DNA of 64,000 nt, taken from IMG/VR virus record IMGVR_UViG_3300037851_000452, positions 41,846 through 105,845 of that record, one strand, 5' to 3'. This stretch comes from a virus. Shown here piece by piece: positions 38,540 to 47,108 of this stretch (positions are counted from its first letter, which is position 1; every line of letters starts with the position of its first letter). The notes beneath the pieces were generated by a model. The model did not search any database, was not told the DNA's origin, and saw nothing but the letters and a program-made list of their open reading frames with translations. The translations under genes were made by a program, and so were the position numbers.

Positions 38540-38703
38540 AGAACGCTGGCATGTCAGACATCAAGATTACGGGGTTCGTTCTGCTGGCCTGCTCCAAAGA
38601 CGACCAGTACCACACCGGCTTCGAGGCCACTAATAGCAAGGGCGTCCGCGTCTCTGGAGTAGTGTGCTGCAGCCTCGTATCCACATGTACGATCCAATTC
38701 TGA
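38461..38703 (+). CDS. Small lipoprotein
   Basis: Hydrophobic signal peptide and lipobox-like LCSC. Confidence 0.55.
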   Translation: MLRLVSVVVAAVLCSCTAEDRSIQALKNAGMSDIKITGFVLLACSKDDQYHTGFEATNSKGVRVSGVVCCSLVSTCTIQF

Positions 38704-38771
38704 AAAACGAAACACAAAGTTCTTGATCCGTACATAAGATTTATGTACAGCTTCTTTCACAGGAGACGGCA

Positions 38772-40358
38772 ATGCAGAACTACACGGAGCACTTTGGCGG
38801 CAAGAACGCGAAGCAGGGAGAGGTCATTCCTGGAAAGGAAAAGAACATGACCTTGAACTCCTGCAACAACTACGTGTTCCGTGTCGGTCCCTGGAACAGG
38901 CTGGAGCGTTTCCTGGTCTTGGGGTCGGACAAGAACACCTACTACGCTTCGGCCAAGAAGCTGACCAGGGAGAATGCGGCAGTTATCGAAGAGCTTATCC
39001 GGGTGGACAACCGCCGGCTCGTCGATACCATTGTTCGTATCTCTGATGAAGGCCGGGCTCCCAACAACGACCCGGCCCTGTTTGCCCTGGCCATGGCTAC
39101 GGTGTTTGGTGACAAGTCTATGGCCATGGATGCCCTTCCCAAGGTTGCGCGTATCGGAACGCACCTGCTCCACTACTTGGAGTACACCAAGGGTCTGGGA
39201 GTTCTTTGGAGACGTACCTTCCGAAAGGGCGTTGCCAATTGGTTCAACGGTAAGGACGTTGGAAACTTGGCCTACCAGGCCATCAAGTACAAATCCCGCG
39301 ATGGCTGGTCCATGCGAGACGCTCTTCGTCTGTCGCATCCCAGTCCCAAAGAGGACGTCGCTCGAGATGCCCTCTATCACTGGATTGTCAAAGGGGTCCT
39401 CAAGGAAGGGATCCCGGACCAGGTAGCGGCGGCGGCCGAGGTCATGTCTCTTGGTACTAAGGACATCAGCAGGTCGGCGGAGCTGATCGTAAAACACCGA
39501 CTTCCTCGAGAGGCTCTGCCTACAGAGCTGCTGTCGGATGCTCGGATATGGGACGCCCTGCTTAAAGGGATGCCTTTGGGGGCCCTGGTCCGTAACCTGG
39601 GAAAGATGTCCAGTTTGGGCATGTTGAATCCGTTTTCCGAAACGTCCAAGGAGATTTGCCGCCGACTTACGGCAGAAGAAGAGATCAAGAAGTCCAGACT
39701 TCATCCTGTTGCCCTGCTGTCCGCTCTACGAGTGTACAAGCAAGGTCGTGGAGATAAGGGATCTCTTAGTTGGTCCGTAAACAACATGGTCTCTAGTGCT
39801 CTAGAAGACGCGTTCTACCTGTCGTTCAAGACCATTGTTCCGACAGGAAAGAACATTGGCCTGTTCCTAGACGTATCTGGGTCTATGGAAGGCGGAGAGA
39901 CAGCTGCTGGTCTGAGCCCCAGAGAGGCATCGGCGGTGTTGGCCATGGTTACGGCTCGCAGCGAGCCCAACTATGAGTGCTGGGCATTTTCCAGTGGCAT
40001 TGTGCCGTTCAAGCTAAGCAAGTCCTCGTCTTTGAAGGAGACGGTAGACGCTATGCGCGCTCTCCCGTTTTCATCTACGGACTGCTCGCTGCCCATGACC
40101 ATGGCAACGAAAAGCAAGATACCGCTGGATGCCTTTATCGTATACACGGACTGTGAGACCAACCATTCCGGCTCACTGCATCCGTCTCGAGCGCTGCAGG
40201 TCTTCCGTCAAAAGATGGGCCGACCAGCTAAGCTGATTGTGGCCGGAATGGTGTCTAATGGGTTCAGCATTGCGGACCCCGAAGACGGTGGTATGCTGGA
40301 CGTGGTGGGGTTTGATTCTTCTGCCCCGTCCGTCATGGCGGACTTCGTAAGAGATTGA
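38772..40358 (+). CDS. rsr: Ro60/TROVE-domain RNA-binding protein (Rsr)
   Basis: RLERFLVLGS..TYY, KYKSRDGWSMRDALRLSHP, RNLGKM, SRLHP; vWA domain LDVSGSM, TDCSLPM, VYTDCET, MLDVVGFD. Confidence 0.95.
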   Translation: MQNYTEHFGGKNAKQGEVIPGKEKNMTLNSCNNYVFRVGPWNRLERFLVLGSDKNTYYASAKKLTRENAAVIEELIRVDNRRLVDTIVRISDEGRAPNNDPALFALAMATVFGDKSMAMDALPKVARIGTHLLHYLEYTKGLGVLWRRTFRKGVANWFNGKDVGNLAYQAIKYKSRDGWSMRDALRLSHPSPKEDVARDALYHWIVKGVLKEGIPDQVAAAAEVMSLGTKDISRSAELIVKHRLPREALPTELLSDARIWDALLKGMPLGALVRNLGKMSSLGMLNPFSETSKEICRRLTAEEEIKKSRLHPVALLSALRVYKQGRGDKGSLSWSVNNMVSSALEDAFYLSFKTIVPTGKNIGLFLDVSGSMEGGETAAGLSPREASAVLAMVTARSEPNYECWAFSSGIVPFKLSKSSSLKETVDAMRALPFSSTDCSLPMTMATKSKIPLDAFIVYTDCETNHSGSLHPSRALQVFRQKMGRPAKLIVAGMVSNGFSIADPEDGGMLDVVGFDSSAPSVMADFVRD

Positions 40359-40362
40359 AGTT

Positions 40363-40430
40363 TGGGCTGGACGAATGCTCTCGGTTATCGACATACTCAG
40401 TTAGACCCGAGACAAATCCTTGCCAGCCCA
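40363..40430 (+). ncRNA. Y RNA-like (short)
   Basis: GGGCTGG-ACGAA...CCTTG-CCAGCCC Ro-binding-like stem immediately after rsr. Confidence 0.7.
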
Positions 40431-40432
40431 TT

Positions 40433-40521
40433 CAGAAAAGGATGAGACGGACGTGGTTGGGTTATCTTTTGGTTTAGATGTCTCCCAGCCACAACAACTT
40501 GCTCGTCCTAACTTCTTTTGG
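40433..40521 (+). ncRNA. Y RNA-like (short)
   Basis: AGGATGAG-ACGGA-GTGGTTGGG-TTATC...CCCAGCCAC...CTTG-CTCGTCCT. Confidence 0.65.
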
Positions 40522-40606
40522 GAACAGGAGAGACAGATGGCAGACGTTCCGTTTCCTAAAGGACCGGTCATTGCCGCTCAGCGAGGCCGTCTGTCTCTCT
40601 TGCCTA

Positions 40607-40743
40607 GAGGTGCTGCTGAACGAAGGGCTTTGTTCACCATCGCTGCGCAAGTTCGATTCTTGCTCGACCCGTCTGGAAAACGGGTTGAACTAGTGGTAGA
40701 TGCGAAAGAAAATGACAAGGCCAATCCCTTGTCAGCGCACTTC
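40607..40743 (+). ncRNA. YrlA-type Y RNA with tRNA-like domain
   Basis: ACGAA/CTTG stem; T arm GCAAG-TTCGATT-CTTGC precedes a closed acceptor stem and D loop AGTGGTA. Confidence 0.7.
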
Positions 40744-40759
40744 AAGTGCTGGAAAAGGT

Positions 40760-40892
40760 TTGAGTAGGACGAATGAGGATGGTTACCACGCTGTATGTCG
40801 AGGGTTCGAGTCCCTCTGGTGGCGAAAGCTGCCGTAGATCAGTTGGTAGATCGACAGCCTAAAACGCCGTCTTCAAAAACTTGCCTACTCAA
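40760..40892 (+). ncRNA. YrlA-type Y RNA with tRNA-like domain
   Basis: TGAGTAGG-ACGAA...CTTG-CCTACTCA; GAGGG-TTCGAGT-CCCTC; GAAA-capped acceptor stem; GATC-AGTTGGTA-GATC. Confidence 0.75.
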
Positions 40893-40911
40893 TTATTCTG
40901 GGTTGCTATGT

Positions 40912-41048
40912 TTGGGTGAGACGCTTGTTGTGGGTTACCTTTTGGAGGACGGGGTCGTGGGTTCAAATCCCACCCGCTTGGCGAAAGCTAGCGGAAGCTC
41001 AGCTTGGTTGAGCACGTAAAATCCCCACAGCTACTTTTGCTCGCCCAA
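40912..41048 (+). ncRNA. YrlA-type Y RNA with tRNA-like domain
   Basis: TTGGGTGAG-ACG...TTTG-CTCGCCCAA; GTGGG-TTCAAAT-CCCAC; GCTC-AGCTTGGTT-GAGC. Confidence 0.7.
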
Positions 41049-41127
41049 TCTTCTTCAAGTTAGAGAATGCTCCAAACTTCATGCTGGTCAGCCAAACATC
41101 CGCTCGAGGATGGGGCATTCTCTGTTA

Positions 41128-41204
41128 GGGCCCGTAGCTCAATTGGTTAGAGCAGCCGGCTCATAACCGGCGGGGTGAGAGTTCAAGTCTCTCCGGGCCC
41201 ACCA
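41128..41204 (+). tRNA. tRNA-CAT (probably Ile2, lysidine-modified; Met possible)
   Basis: Full cloverleaf with encoded CCA; anticodon loop CTCATAA; C4-G69/C5-G68. Confidence 0.9.
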
Positions 41205-41269
41205 ATATCCTCCTAGCAATAACTCCCCAATCCGATCTTCAGGTTCCAATCAACAAGAAGGAGATTGTT

Positions 41270-41962
41270 ATGAAGCCGGTTGAGCTTAAGTTTGAAGACG
41301 TTACCTGCAGCGTCTACCCAACCAATGACAGCCGTCAGTGGTTCATGACTCTTCAAGAGGTTGCAGAGGGGTACGGGGTAAGAAAACAAACCGTGCATAC
41401 GCACCTCGAAGACCACAGAGACGAACTAGGAGAATACGTATTGAATAAGGGTGTCGGTATTACCGATACCTTCGGTGGACCGCAGAAGCAAACCATTATC
41501 TACCGCGAAGGAGTAATCAAGCTCGGGTTCTTCATCAGGTCCAAGAGAGCGAAAGCCTTTCGGCAGTGGGCTACGGAAGTTATCTGTGACCACCTGGATG
41601 CTTCTGGGCTAGACCTAAAAGACGTTCTACTGAAAATGGACTCCAGACTTTCGGGTCTAGAGGAAGGTCAAGAGAGTTTGAAGGGTATTTGTAGCGGTCT
41701 TAGAGATGAAGTTGACGAGCTGAAGGCCATGGTCAACTTCGTCTACAGCGATAAGGACGAAGAGGAGGTACGAGACCTTATCCGCCGCATAAAGAAAGAG
41801 CTTGGAATGGACGGACGCGCGATTGTTGGTCACGTGAGAAAGACCCTCAACATAGGCTCCATATACGACGCGTCCGACATGCGCGCGGTCAAAAACGTGC
41901 TGAGGAATCTACTTGGGGAAGGTCTCCGTCTCGTACAAAGTGAGGACCAGGAGGTTACATGA
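41270..41962 (+). CDS. Antirepressor-like DNA-binding protein (ORF6N/BRO-type N-domain), paralogue 1
   Basis: MTLQEVAEGYGV HTH; REGVIKLGFFIRSKRAKAFRQWA; shared C-terminal domain. Confidence 0.7.
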   Translation: MKPVELKFEDVTCSVYPTNDSRQWFMTLQEVAEGYGVRKQTVHTHLEDHRDELGEYVLNKGVGITDTFGGPQKQTIIYREGVIKLGFFIRSKRAKAFRQWATEVICDHLDASGLDLKDVLLKMDSRLSGLEEGQESLKGICSGLRDEVDELKAMVNFVYSDKDEEEVRDLIRRIKKELGMDGRAIVGHVRKTLNIGSIYDASDMRAVKNVLRNLLGEGLRLVQSEDQEVT

Positions 41963-42216
41963 AAGACAGCATATGGTGTCCGAAAACGGGAGACGAGAAA
42001 TGGTGGCAAATGAAGCATATGGAGGACTGCGGCACGCTGGCGCAGATACTTCACATACGAACCAAAGAGTTACTGGAGGTTAAAAAAGAGCTAGCTAGGG
42101 TTTTGTCGTATCTAGAATCCATCCCCGCACCTACTCCTCCTATTTGCCTAAAGAACGCCAAGAGGATGGTTAAAGGCTTAGACGCCGAGGAGCTGGGGTG
42201 CGAAAGTTCAAAATAG
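41959..42216 (+). CDS. Hypothetical protein
   Basis: GGAGG RBS, ATGA coupling. Confidence 0.55.
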   Translation: MKDSIWCPKTGDEKWWQMKHMEDCGTLAQILHIRTKELLEVKKELARVLSYLESIPAPTPPICLKNAKRMVKGLDAEELGCESSK

Positions 42217-42271
42217 ACAACCAGATGGAGTCAGACCCGTAAGAGGACGGGCTTTGCGTAGGGGGAATGTA

Positions 42272-42499
42272 ATGCCTTTACCGACTCAAGAAGAGCTAGA
42301 AAACGAGAAGAGGATACTCTCCGAGCTGCGTGAGTCCCTTCTGCATGTTTTCATGGATGCTTCGGGGTTCACCATGCTGAATCACTATGCCGATTCGGTT
42401 AACCCCGATCTTGGAAATAGAAAACGCGTGTACCGGATATCGACACTGGAAGGCGACTTTGAGATAAGTCACCACACAAGGTGGAAGCCAGCAGAGTAG
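42272..42499 (+). CDS. Hypothetical protein
   Basis: Likely start MPLPTQE. Confidence 0.5.
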   Translation: MPLPTQEELENEKRILSELRESLLHVFMDASGFTMLNHYADSVNPDLGNRKRVYRISTLEGDFEISHHTRWKPAE

Positions 42500-42507
42500 G
42501 TTGAAGT

Positions 42508-42761
42508 TTGTTCTAGTAGACGTAGGGGTAATCCACATCCCCTGTTAACGGCGGGAATTGACCCGCGTCTGTGGAGCTCAGGCGAGCCGGGGCAATAAAC
42601 GGGCACTGTTGGCCAAGGGCAAGATCTGGAGGTCTTTGGTGAGAGCGCGGGTGACCCGACCAGTGTTTGGCTGCCGGTCATAATCCCTTCGCGGAAAGCC
42701 GATGGCTGTGAAGCAGGCAAGTGGAAACGTCGGGCGGAAGGGAATCCGCCTACTAGAACAA
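42508..42761 (+). ncRNA. Large orphan structured RNA (about 254 nt)
   Basis: TTGTTCTAGTAGACG pairs CGCCTACTAGAACAA; many internal helices; no credible ORF. Confidence 0.6.
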
Positions 42762-42770
42762 TAGATTTGT

Positions 42771-42994
42771 GCCGCGGTGGCCGAGAGGAAAGGCGCACCG
42801 AAAACGGACGGTGACCGGTAAAACGGAGCTACGAACCCCTAGTAACGCATGGTTGCGGATGCACCGAGGACAGGCCGCAGGATGGTAACATCACGGAACA
42901 AACTGTCGTGTAGGGAAGCGCGTTTCCAAGTGAACGGGGGACAAGAGTAAGCTCTTGTTAGTAGCCTACGAGGGTTCAATTCCCTCCCGCGGCA
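42771..42994 (+). ncRNA. tRNA-like RNA with an insert of about 150 nt in the variable region
   Basis: GCCGCGG/CCGCGGC acceptor, D arm TGGCCGAGAGGAAAGGCG, CACCG/CGGTG stem, T arm GAGGG-TTCAATT-CCCTC. Confidence 0.65.
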
Positions 42995-43059
42995 CTCTAT
43001 TCTTCCTACCCATACCTGCTATCAGAATTCCTTATCGGCAATGAGCCCTAGGGGTGCTT

Positions 43060-43314
43060 ATGAGTAGCTACTGCCCAAAATGTGCACGTAGGATAGTAGA
43101 AACCACAAACGGTTACGTCGGCGACTACTCATGTCGGTGCACAATAGAGGACGTAAGAGAGGAGCTCAAAAAGACCCAAAAGGAGTTGATGAAGTACCAG
43201 CACGCGATAGGTTGGATTGATAAGTACGCAGACTGCAAGACCTGTGAATCGGCCGTCTCGGACATAAAAAGCCTGATTCGCAGGCTCAGGTCTGAAACTA
43301 GACGCTGCCGATAG
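43060..43314 (+). CDS. Cys-rich hypothetical protein
   Basis: CPKC, CRC, CKTC. Confidence 0.5.
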   Translation: MSSYCPKCARRIVETTNGYVGDYSCRCTIEDVREELKKTQKELMKYQHAIGWIDKYADCKTCESAVSDIKSLIRRLRSETRRCR

Positions 43315-43407
43315 TCTAAAATAACCCTCTCCAAATATGAACCACTAGAAGTGTCAGTATCGCTGACACTGTAACCGAAGTTTGCAATTCGGCAAAAGGA
43401 GAAAGTT

Positions 43408-44109
43408 GTGAGTATTCGTTACGTTGATTACGCCAATGAGTTGATTCCGGTTGTGTCTCTTGGAAACGAGGAGTTGATTCCGCTACCATACGTCTACCAG
43501 ATTCTTGGTTTGGAGAGGCACACGGTCTATGAGCATCTAGATAATTTGATCGTCGATTCCATCCAAATTCCCATAGAAATGGCCAGACAGATTCGTCAGC
43601 AAGAAGGTTCAAGTCTTCGAGGACGACCGCCACACGGCATCACTAAGGACCAGTTCAAAAAGCTGGTCAAAGTAGTCAACACGCCTGAAGCGTGGAACGT
43701 CTACGACGCCATCTGGGGCATGGCAGAGAATCACGCTAGGGCTATTCAGAATGATATGCCGGAATGGGCAGCTCGGTTCACCGCAGAAGTGAAAAGGGAC
43801 GTCTCTAATATCTCAGAAGGCCAACAGCGTCTAGAGAATGTCTGCCGGGGTCTCAGAGACGAGGTTGACGAACTCACAGCACTGGTCAGCGTATTTTGCA
43901 GCGACCAAGACAAAGAGGAGGTAAGAGAACTTATCAAAGTCGTTGCAGAAGAGCTGGGGATGGATAAGAGGGCTGTTGTTGGCCACGCCAGAAAGACACT
44001 GAATCTCTGCTCGGTCTACAACGCCTTAGACATGCGTGTGGTAAAGAATGTTTTGAAAAACATGATTGGGCAGGGTCTACGGGTCGTTAAAGAGGATAAC
44101 CCTAACTAG
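43408..44109 (+). CDS. Antirepressor-like DNA-binding protein, paralogue 2
   Basis: C-terminal domain highly similar to 41270..41962; N-domain similar to 45403..46161. Confidence 0.65.
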   Translation: MSIRYVDYANELIPVVSLGNEELIPLPYVYQILGLERHTVYEHLDNLIVDSIQIPIEMARQIRQQEGSSLRGRPPHGITKDQFKKLVKVVNTPEAWNVYDAIWGMAENHARAIQNDMPEWAARFTAEVKRDVSNISEGQQRLENVCRGLRDEVDELTALVSVFCSDQDKEEVRELIKVVAEELGMDKRAVVGHARKTLNLCSVYNALDMRVVKNVLKNMIGQGLRVVKEDNPN

Positions 44110-44138
44110 CGGTTGTGGCACTTAAAGGAGAAGAATCT

Positions 44139-44372
44139 ATGGACGAGCTAGAAACACTTGAAAGATCCTATTTAGAAAAAAGACAAGCCCTAGAGTGGCT
44201 GGCACATTCTGAGGATGCACCCGGAGAAGAAACAGAGAAATCCGTTCAAATGATCATGCTTACAAAAGAACTGTCTTCGGTATCCTATCGAATGGGAGGG
44301 CTGTACAAAGATAGAGCTGAAAGTATCATGTCCCACTTCCACAGCCTCTTAGGTGACCCTCTGATACAATAA
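44139..44372 (+). CDS. Hypothetical protein
   Basis: AAGGAG RBS before MDELETL. Confidence 0.5.
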   Translation: MDELETLERSYLEKRQALEWLAHSEDAPGEETEKSVQMIMLTKELSSVSYRMGGLYKDRAESIMSHFHSLLGDPLIQ

Positions 44373-44424
44373 GCCGCGAAGCAAGACTAGACCCAGGCGT
44401 ACGTATCTAATAAACAGATATGGT

Positions 44425-44511
44425 GCCAAGGTGTCGGAATGGGTAGACGATAGAGACTTAAAATCTCTTGAGCGTACGCTCGTGCGGGTTCGAGTCCCGC
44501 CCTTGGCACCA
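44425..44511 (+). tRNA. tRNA-Leu(TAA)
   Basis: GCCAAGG/CCTTGGC acceptor, anticodon loop CTTAAAA, long variable arm, CCA. Confidence 0.92.
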
Positions 44512-44525
44512 CTACAGGAGGCGAT

Positions 44526-44927
44526 ATGGGTGCCCTAGCTGACAAGATGCTTTCTGCTGGTCTGGTGTCCGAGGAGGACGTCAAGCGCGTTAAGAGGCAA
44601 CAGACCATTGAAAAAGAAAACAAAAGAAAAGAAGACTGTCGAAAAGAAAAGGAGGCTCAGAACCGAGCCGTTCTATCCGAAGCACGAGCTATGGCCACCA
44701 GAAAAGCCCTGAGAGAGATACTTCTTTACCTCGGGGTTGATGAAGTACTCATGGCGTCGTTCTTCGGCAATGAGAAAGACAGGCTAGCCGCCCTAGCGTT
44801 ACTGGGGTCTCAGTCCAAAAGCATTATGGAGATCTTGAACTCCGACCCTGTCAAAAAAGAAATAGAGAAGGTTGCACAGGAGGCTGCTAAGGACGAAACA
44901 TTTAGGCGGTCGGTAGGACGCCTATAA
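44526..44927 (+). CDS. Hypothetical protein
   Basis: AGGAGG RBS; ADKMLSAGLVSEE...KRQQ N-terminus reminiscent of DUF2058. Confidence 0.55.
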   Translation: MGALADKMLSAGLVSEEDVKRVKRQQTIEKENKRKEDCRKEKEAQNRAVLSEARAMATRKALREILLYLGVDEVLMASFFGNEKDRLAALALLGSQSKSIMEILNSDPVKKEIEKVAQEAAKDETFRRSVGRL

Positions 44928-44928
44928 C

Positions 44929-44990
44929 GACTGTACGTACCCAAACTCGCCAAGCCAGACCAACCACAACGCAGACCTGCCGGAACCTAC
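44929..44990 (+). repeat. Pentamer-periodic (NNCNN) array, short
   Basis: GACTG TACGT ACCCA AACTC GCCAA GCCAG ACCAA. Confidence 0.6.
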
Positions 44991-45031
44991 AATTCTGAAG
45001 AAGGTGTAACTTTTAGACCAAGGGGTGAACT

Positions 45032-45307
45032 ATGGGCGTCCACGTTACTATTGAAATCGACCACCGCGGATGGAGTTGGTACGTTGAAGACGGGGAGCGC
45101 TTCGTATCCGCAGACGCTTGGGTGACTAACGATACCGGCGGATTCAAACTCGTAAAACCAGATAAGGACGAGCTAGAAAACATAGTGCCTGGCCTATACG
45201 ACGCCGTGGTTAAGGGAAGTCTATACGCCGCCACTGCAGCCCTAAAAAGAAAGGAGGGCATCAACAACGATTCGTTGCCGCAGCATGAGCAATGTCCGGG
45301 TCATTAG
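45032..45307 (+). CDS. Hypothetical protein
   Basis: 91 aa; its stop overlaps the 17-bp palindrome. Confidence 0.5.
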   Translation: MGVHVTIEIDHRGWSWYVEDGERFVSADAWVTNDTGGFKLVKPDKDELENIVPGLYDAVVKGSLYAATAALKRKEGINNDSLPQHEQCPGH

Positions 45308-45402
45308 ACGAGTGCTCTATCCAGCTCAAAGAATAATTACTAGCGCTCTTACTCCAAAGTCGTAGTCCGCCGTTAAGTTCCAACCAGAGAGGAAAAGCAA
45401 AC

Positions 45403-46161
45403 ATGCAAGTCCGGTCTATCCCTATCGGTAACGTCATCGCTCGCGTCGTCTACTTGAATGAAACCGGCGAAGGAATGATGACGTCTAGAGAGGCCTACAA
45501 TCTTCTTGGGATTAAGCAAAACACGTATTCTCAGCATTCTATTTCTATCTGTCCCACCGATACAATTCCAGAAGAATGCGTCGAGGAGCTTCGTAACGAA
45601 GGCATTATAGCCCGCCGAGGAAGAATACCCTCGTTCATCACCAAGAGTCAGTTCAAAGAACTGGTCAAAAGGGTAAACACTGCGGAGGCGTGGAACATCT
45701 ACAACACGCTATGGGACGTTGCAGAAACTCATATCAGGGCCGTAGATTCTAATGTCCCTGTGTGGGCGGCCGACCTGAAAAAAGACATGGAGACCCAATT
45801 CAATCGCATTGAAACTAGGTTCAACCGAGTTGAAGACGTTTGTAACGGGCTTCAAACCGACGTTGAAACTAGGTTCAACCGAGTTGAAGACGTTTGTGGG
45901 GGACTACGAAGAGAGGTAGACGAGCTAAAGATTGCCTTGGGAATGTTTATGAGTGAGGAGAGTGACGCCGACGTTATTCAAAAACTCATTCAAGAGATAA
46001 CTTCCATGTTCAGGTTGACCAAATCCGCGCTCATCGGGAAAGTTCGCAGTATGTTGAACCTGGCAGGTATCTACCACTCTGCCGACTCCAAACGAGTTAT
46101 CAAGTGTCTGCAAGTTATTAAGAACGGCGGCATCGAAGTATTGAATGGTGGCCTAGAATAG
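45403..46161 (+). CDS. Antirepressor-like DNA-binding protein, paralogue 3, with internal duplication
   Basis: ITKSQFKELVKRVNTAEAW; ETRFNRVEDVC twice. Confidence 0.65.
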   Translation: MQVRSIPIGNVIARVVYLNETGEGMMTSREAYNLLGIKQNTYSQHSISICPTDTIPEECVEELRNEGIIARRGRIPSFITKSQFKELVKRVNTAEAWNIYNTLWDVAETHIRAVDSNVPVWAADLKKDMETQFNRIETRFNRVEDVCNGLQTDVETRFNRVEDVCGGLRREVDELKIALGMFMSEESDADVIQKLIQEITSMFRLTKSALIGKVRSMLNLAGIYHSADSKRVIKCLQVIKNGGIEVLNGGLE

Positions 46162-46280
46162 TAGCTCAGTTCTAATGACCCGGACATTACGTACCTACGG
46201 TCCTCAGCTGTGTTGATATCAACACAACTGGATTCGATAACAATGGCAGCCAATCGCAGCTCAAGAACAAGGAGAACCTG

Positions 46281-46961
46281 ATGAAGGCATCAAACTCATA
46301 TTCGATTCTCGTTAAAGACAAAGAGATTGAGGTGGTTAACCGCCAAGGAAAGATGTGGGTGTCCGTTAGGCACGTATGTGAAGCCCTAGGGATAGACTTC
46401 TCATGGCAAAGGCAAAAGATACTGAGTAATGAATTATTCAGTTGTGGGGATATCCCCACAACTGGAAGTGATGGGAAGCGCTATGAAATGTTCTGCATTC
46501 AATCAGACCAGGCCCACTTATGGGTGGCTGGTATATCAGCCCAAAAGATAAAGGACCCTGAAAAGAAAAAGGCGTTTATCGAATACCAGAAAGAGTGCTG
46601 CTCGGTTCTCTACCACCACTTTACCGGAAAGGGAGAGGACACTATCGGTATTTCCCAAGCCATTCTTCAAAAGCTTCGAGAAGAGGTTGACGGGCTGAGA
46701 GAAGATATCCGCCGCGTGAATGACAAGATTGGGGTAGTAGGGTCGGACGTACGGGAAGTCCGATACCTGACCATGGGAACTCAAAACGCCCTTAACAGAA
46801 TCCATCCCAGCGTCGGGTACCGGGTGTATGAAGACAGCCCGATACCTCCCCAAGAGATAGACCTCCTCAAAGAAGGAACCGAGGCAGATAAACGACTGCT
46901 CAAAAAGAAAAAGGGAGAGGTGCCGACTAGGTATCTTAGAATCCTAAAGCCCATTAACTGA
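46281..46961 (+). CDS. Phage antirepressor (P22_AR N-terminal domain)
   Basis: VSVRHVCEALGIDFSWQRQKI, TTGSDGKRYEMFCI, YQKECCSVLYHHF. Confidence 0.8.
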   Translation: MKASNSYSILVKDKEIEVVNRQGKMWVSVRHVCEALGIDFSWQRQKILSNELFSCGDIPTTGSDGKRYEMFCIQSDQAHLWVAGISAQKIKDPEKKKAFIEYQKECCSVLYHHFTGKGEDTIGISQAILQKLREEVDGLREDIRRVNDKIGVVGSDVREVRYLTMGTQNALNRIHPSVGYRVYEDSPIPPQEIDLLKEGTEADKRLLKKKKGEVPTRYLRILKPIN

Positions 46962-46973
46962 GGCTCGAAGTCT

Positions 46974-47108
46974 GACAAACCAAACCTAATGACTACTCGA
47001 GTCTACCCATGTCATCTCAGGCCAAGTCTTTTCGTTACGAACGACGACTCGCCCCGACCCCTGTCGTAGTTACCGGCCCGCCTCGACTACCCATCACATG
47101 GCGGCACA
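46974..47108 (+). repeat. Pentamer-periodic (NNCNN) array
   Basis: GACAA ACCAA ACCTA AT / GACTA CTCGA GTCTA CCCAT GTCAT CTCAG GCCAA GTCTT TTCGT TACGA AC / GACGA CTCGC CCCGA CCCCT GTCGT. Confidence 0.8.

Noticed and set aside
38757-39704. 315-aa minus-strand ORF
   Set aside because: Antisense shadow of the well-supported Ro60 gene
40420-41019. ORFs 40420..40767, 40478..40693 and 40795..41019
   Set aside because: Overlap Y RNA/YrlA structures and lack coding features
40630-41020. Additional standard tRNAs suggested by GTTCGA/GTTCAA loops
   Set aside because: The T arm precedes the D arm and the acceptor stem is loop-closed, which is YrlA topology rather than tRNA
42771-42994. tmRNA or tRNA with a group I intron
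   Set aside because: No G3-U70, no evident tag ORF, and no P7 R/S elements like those in the thyX intron
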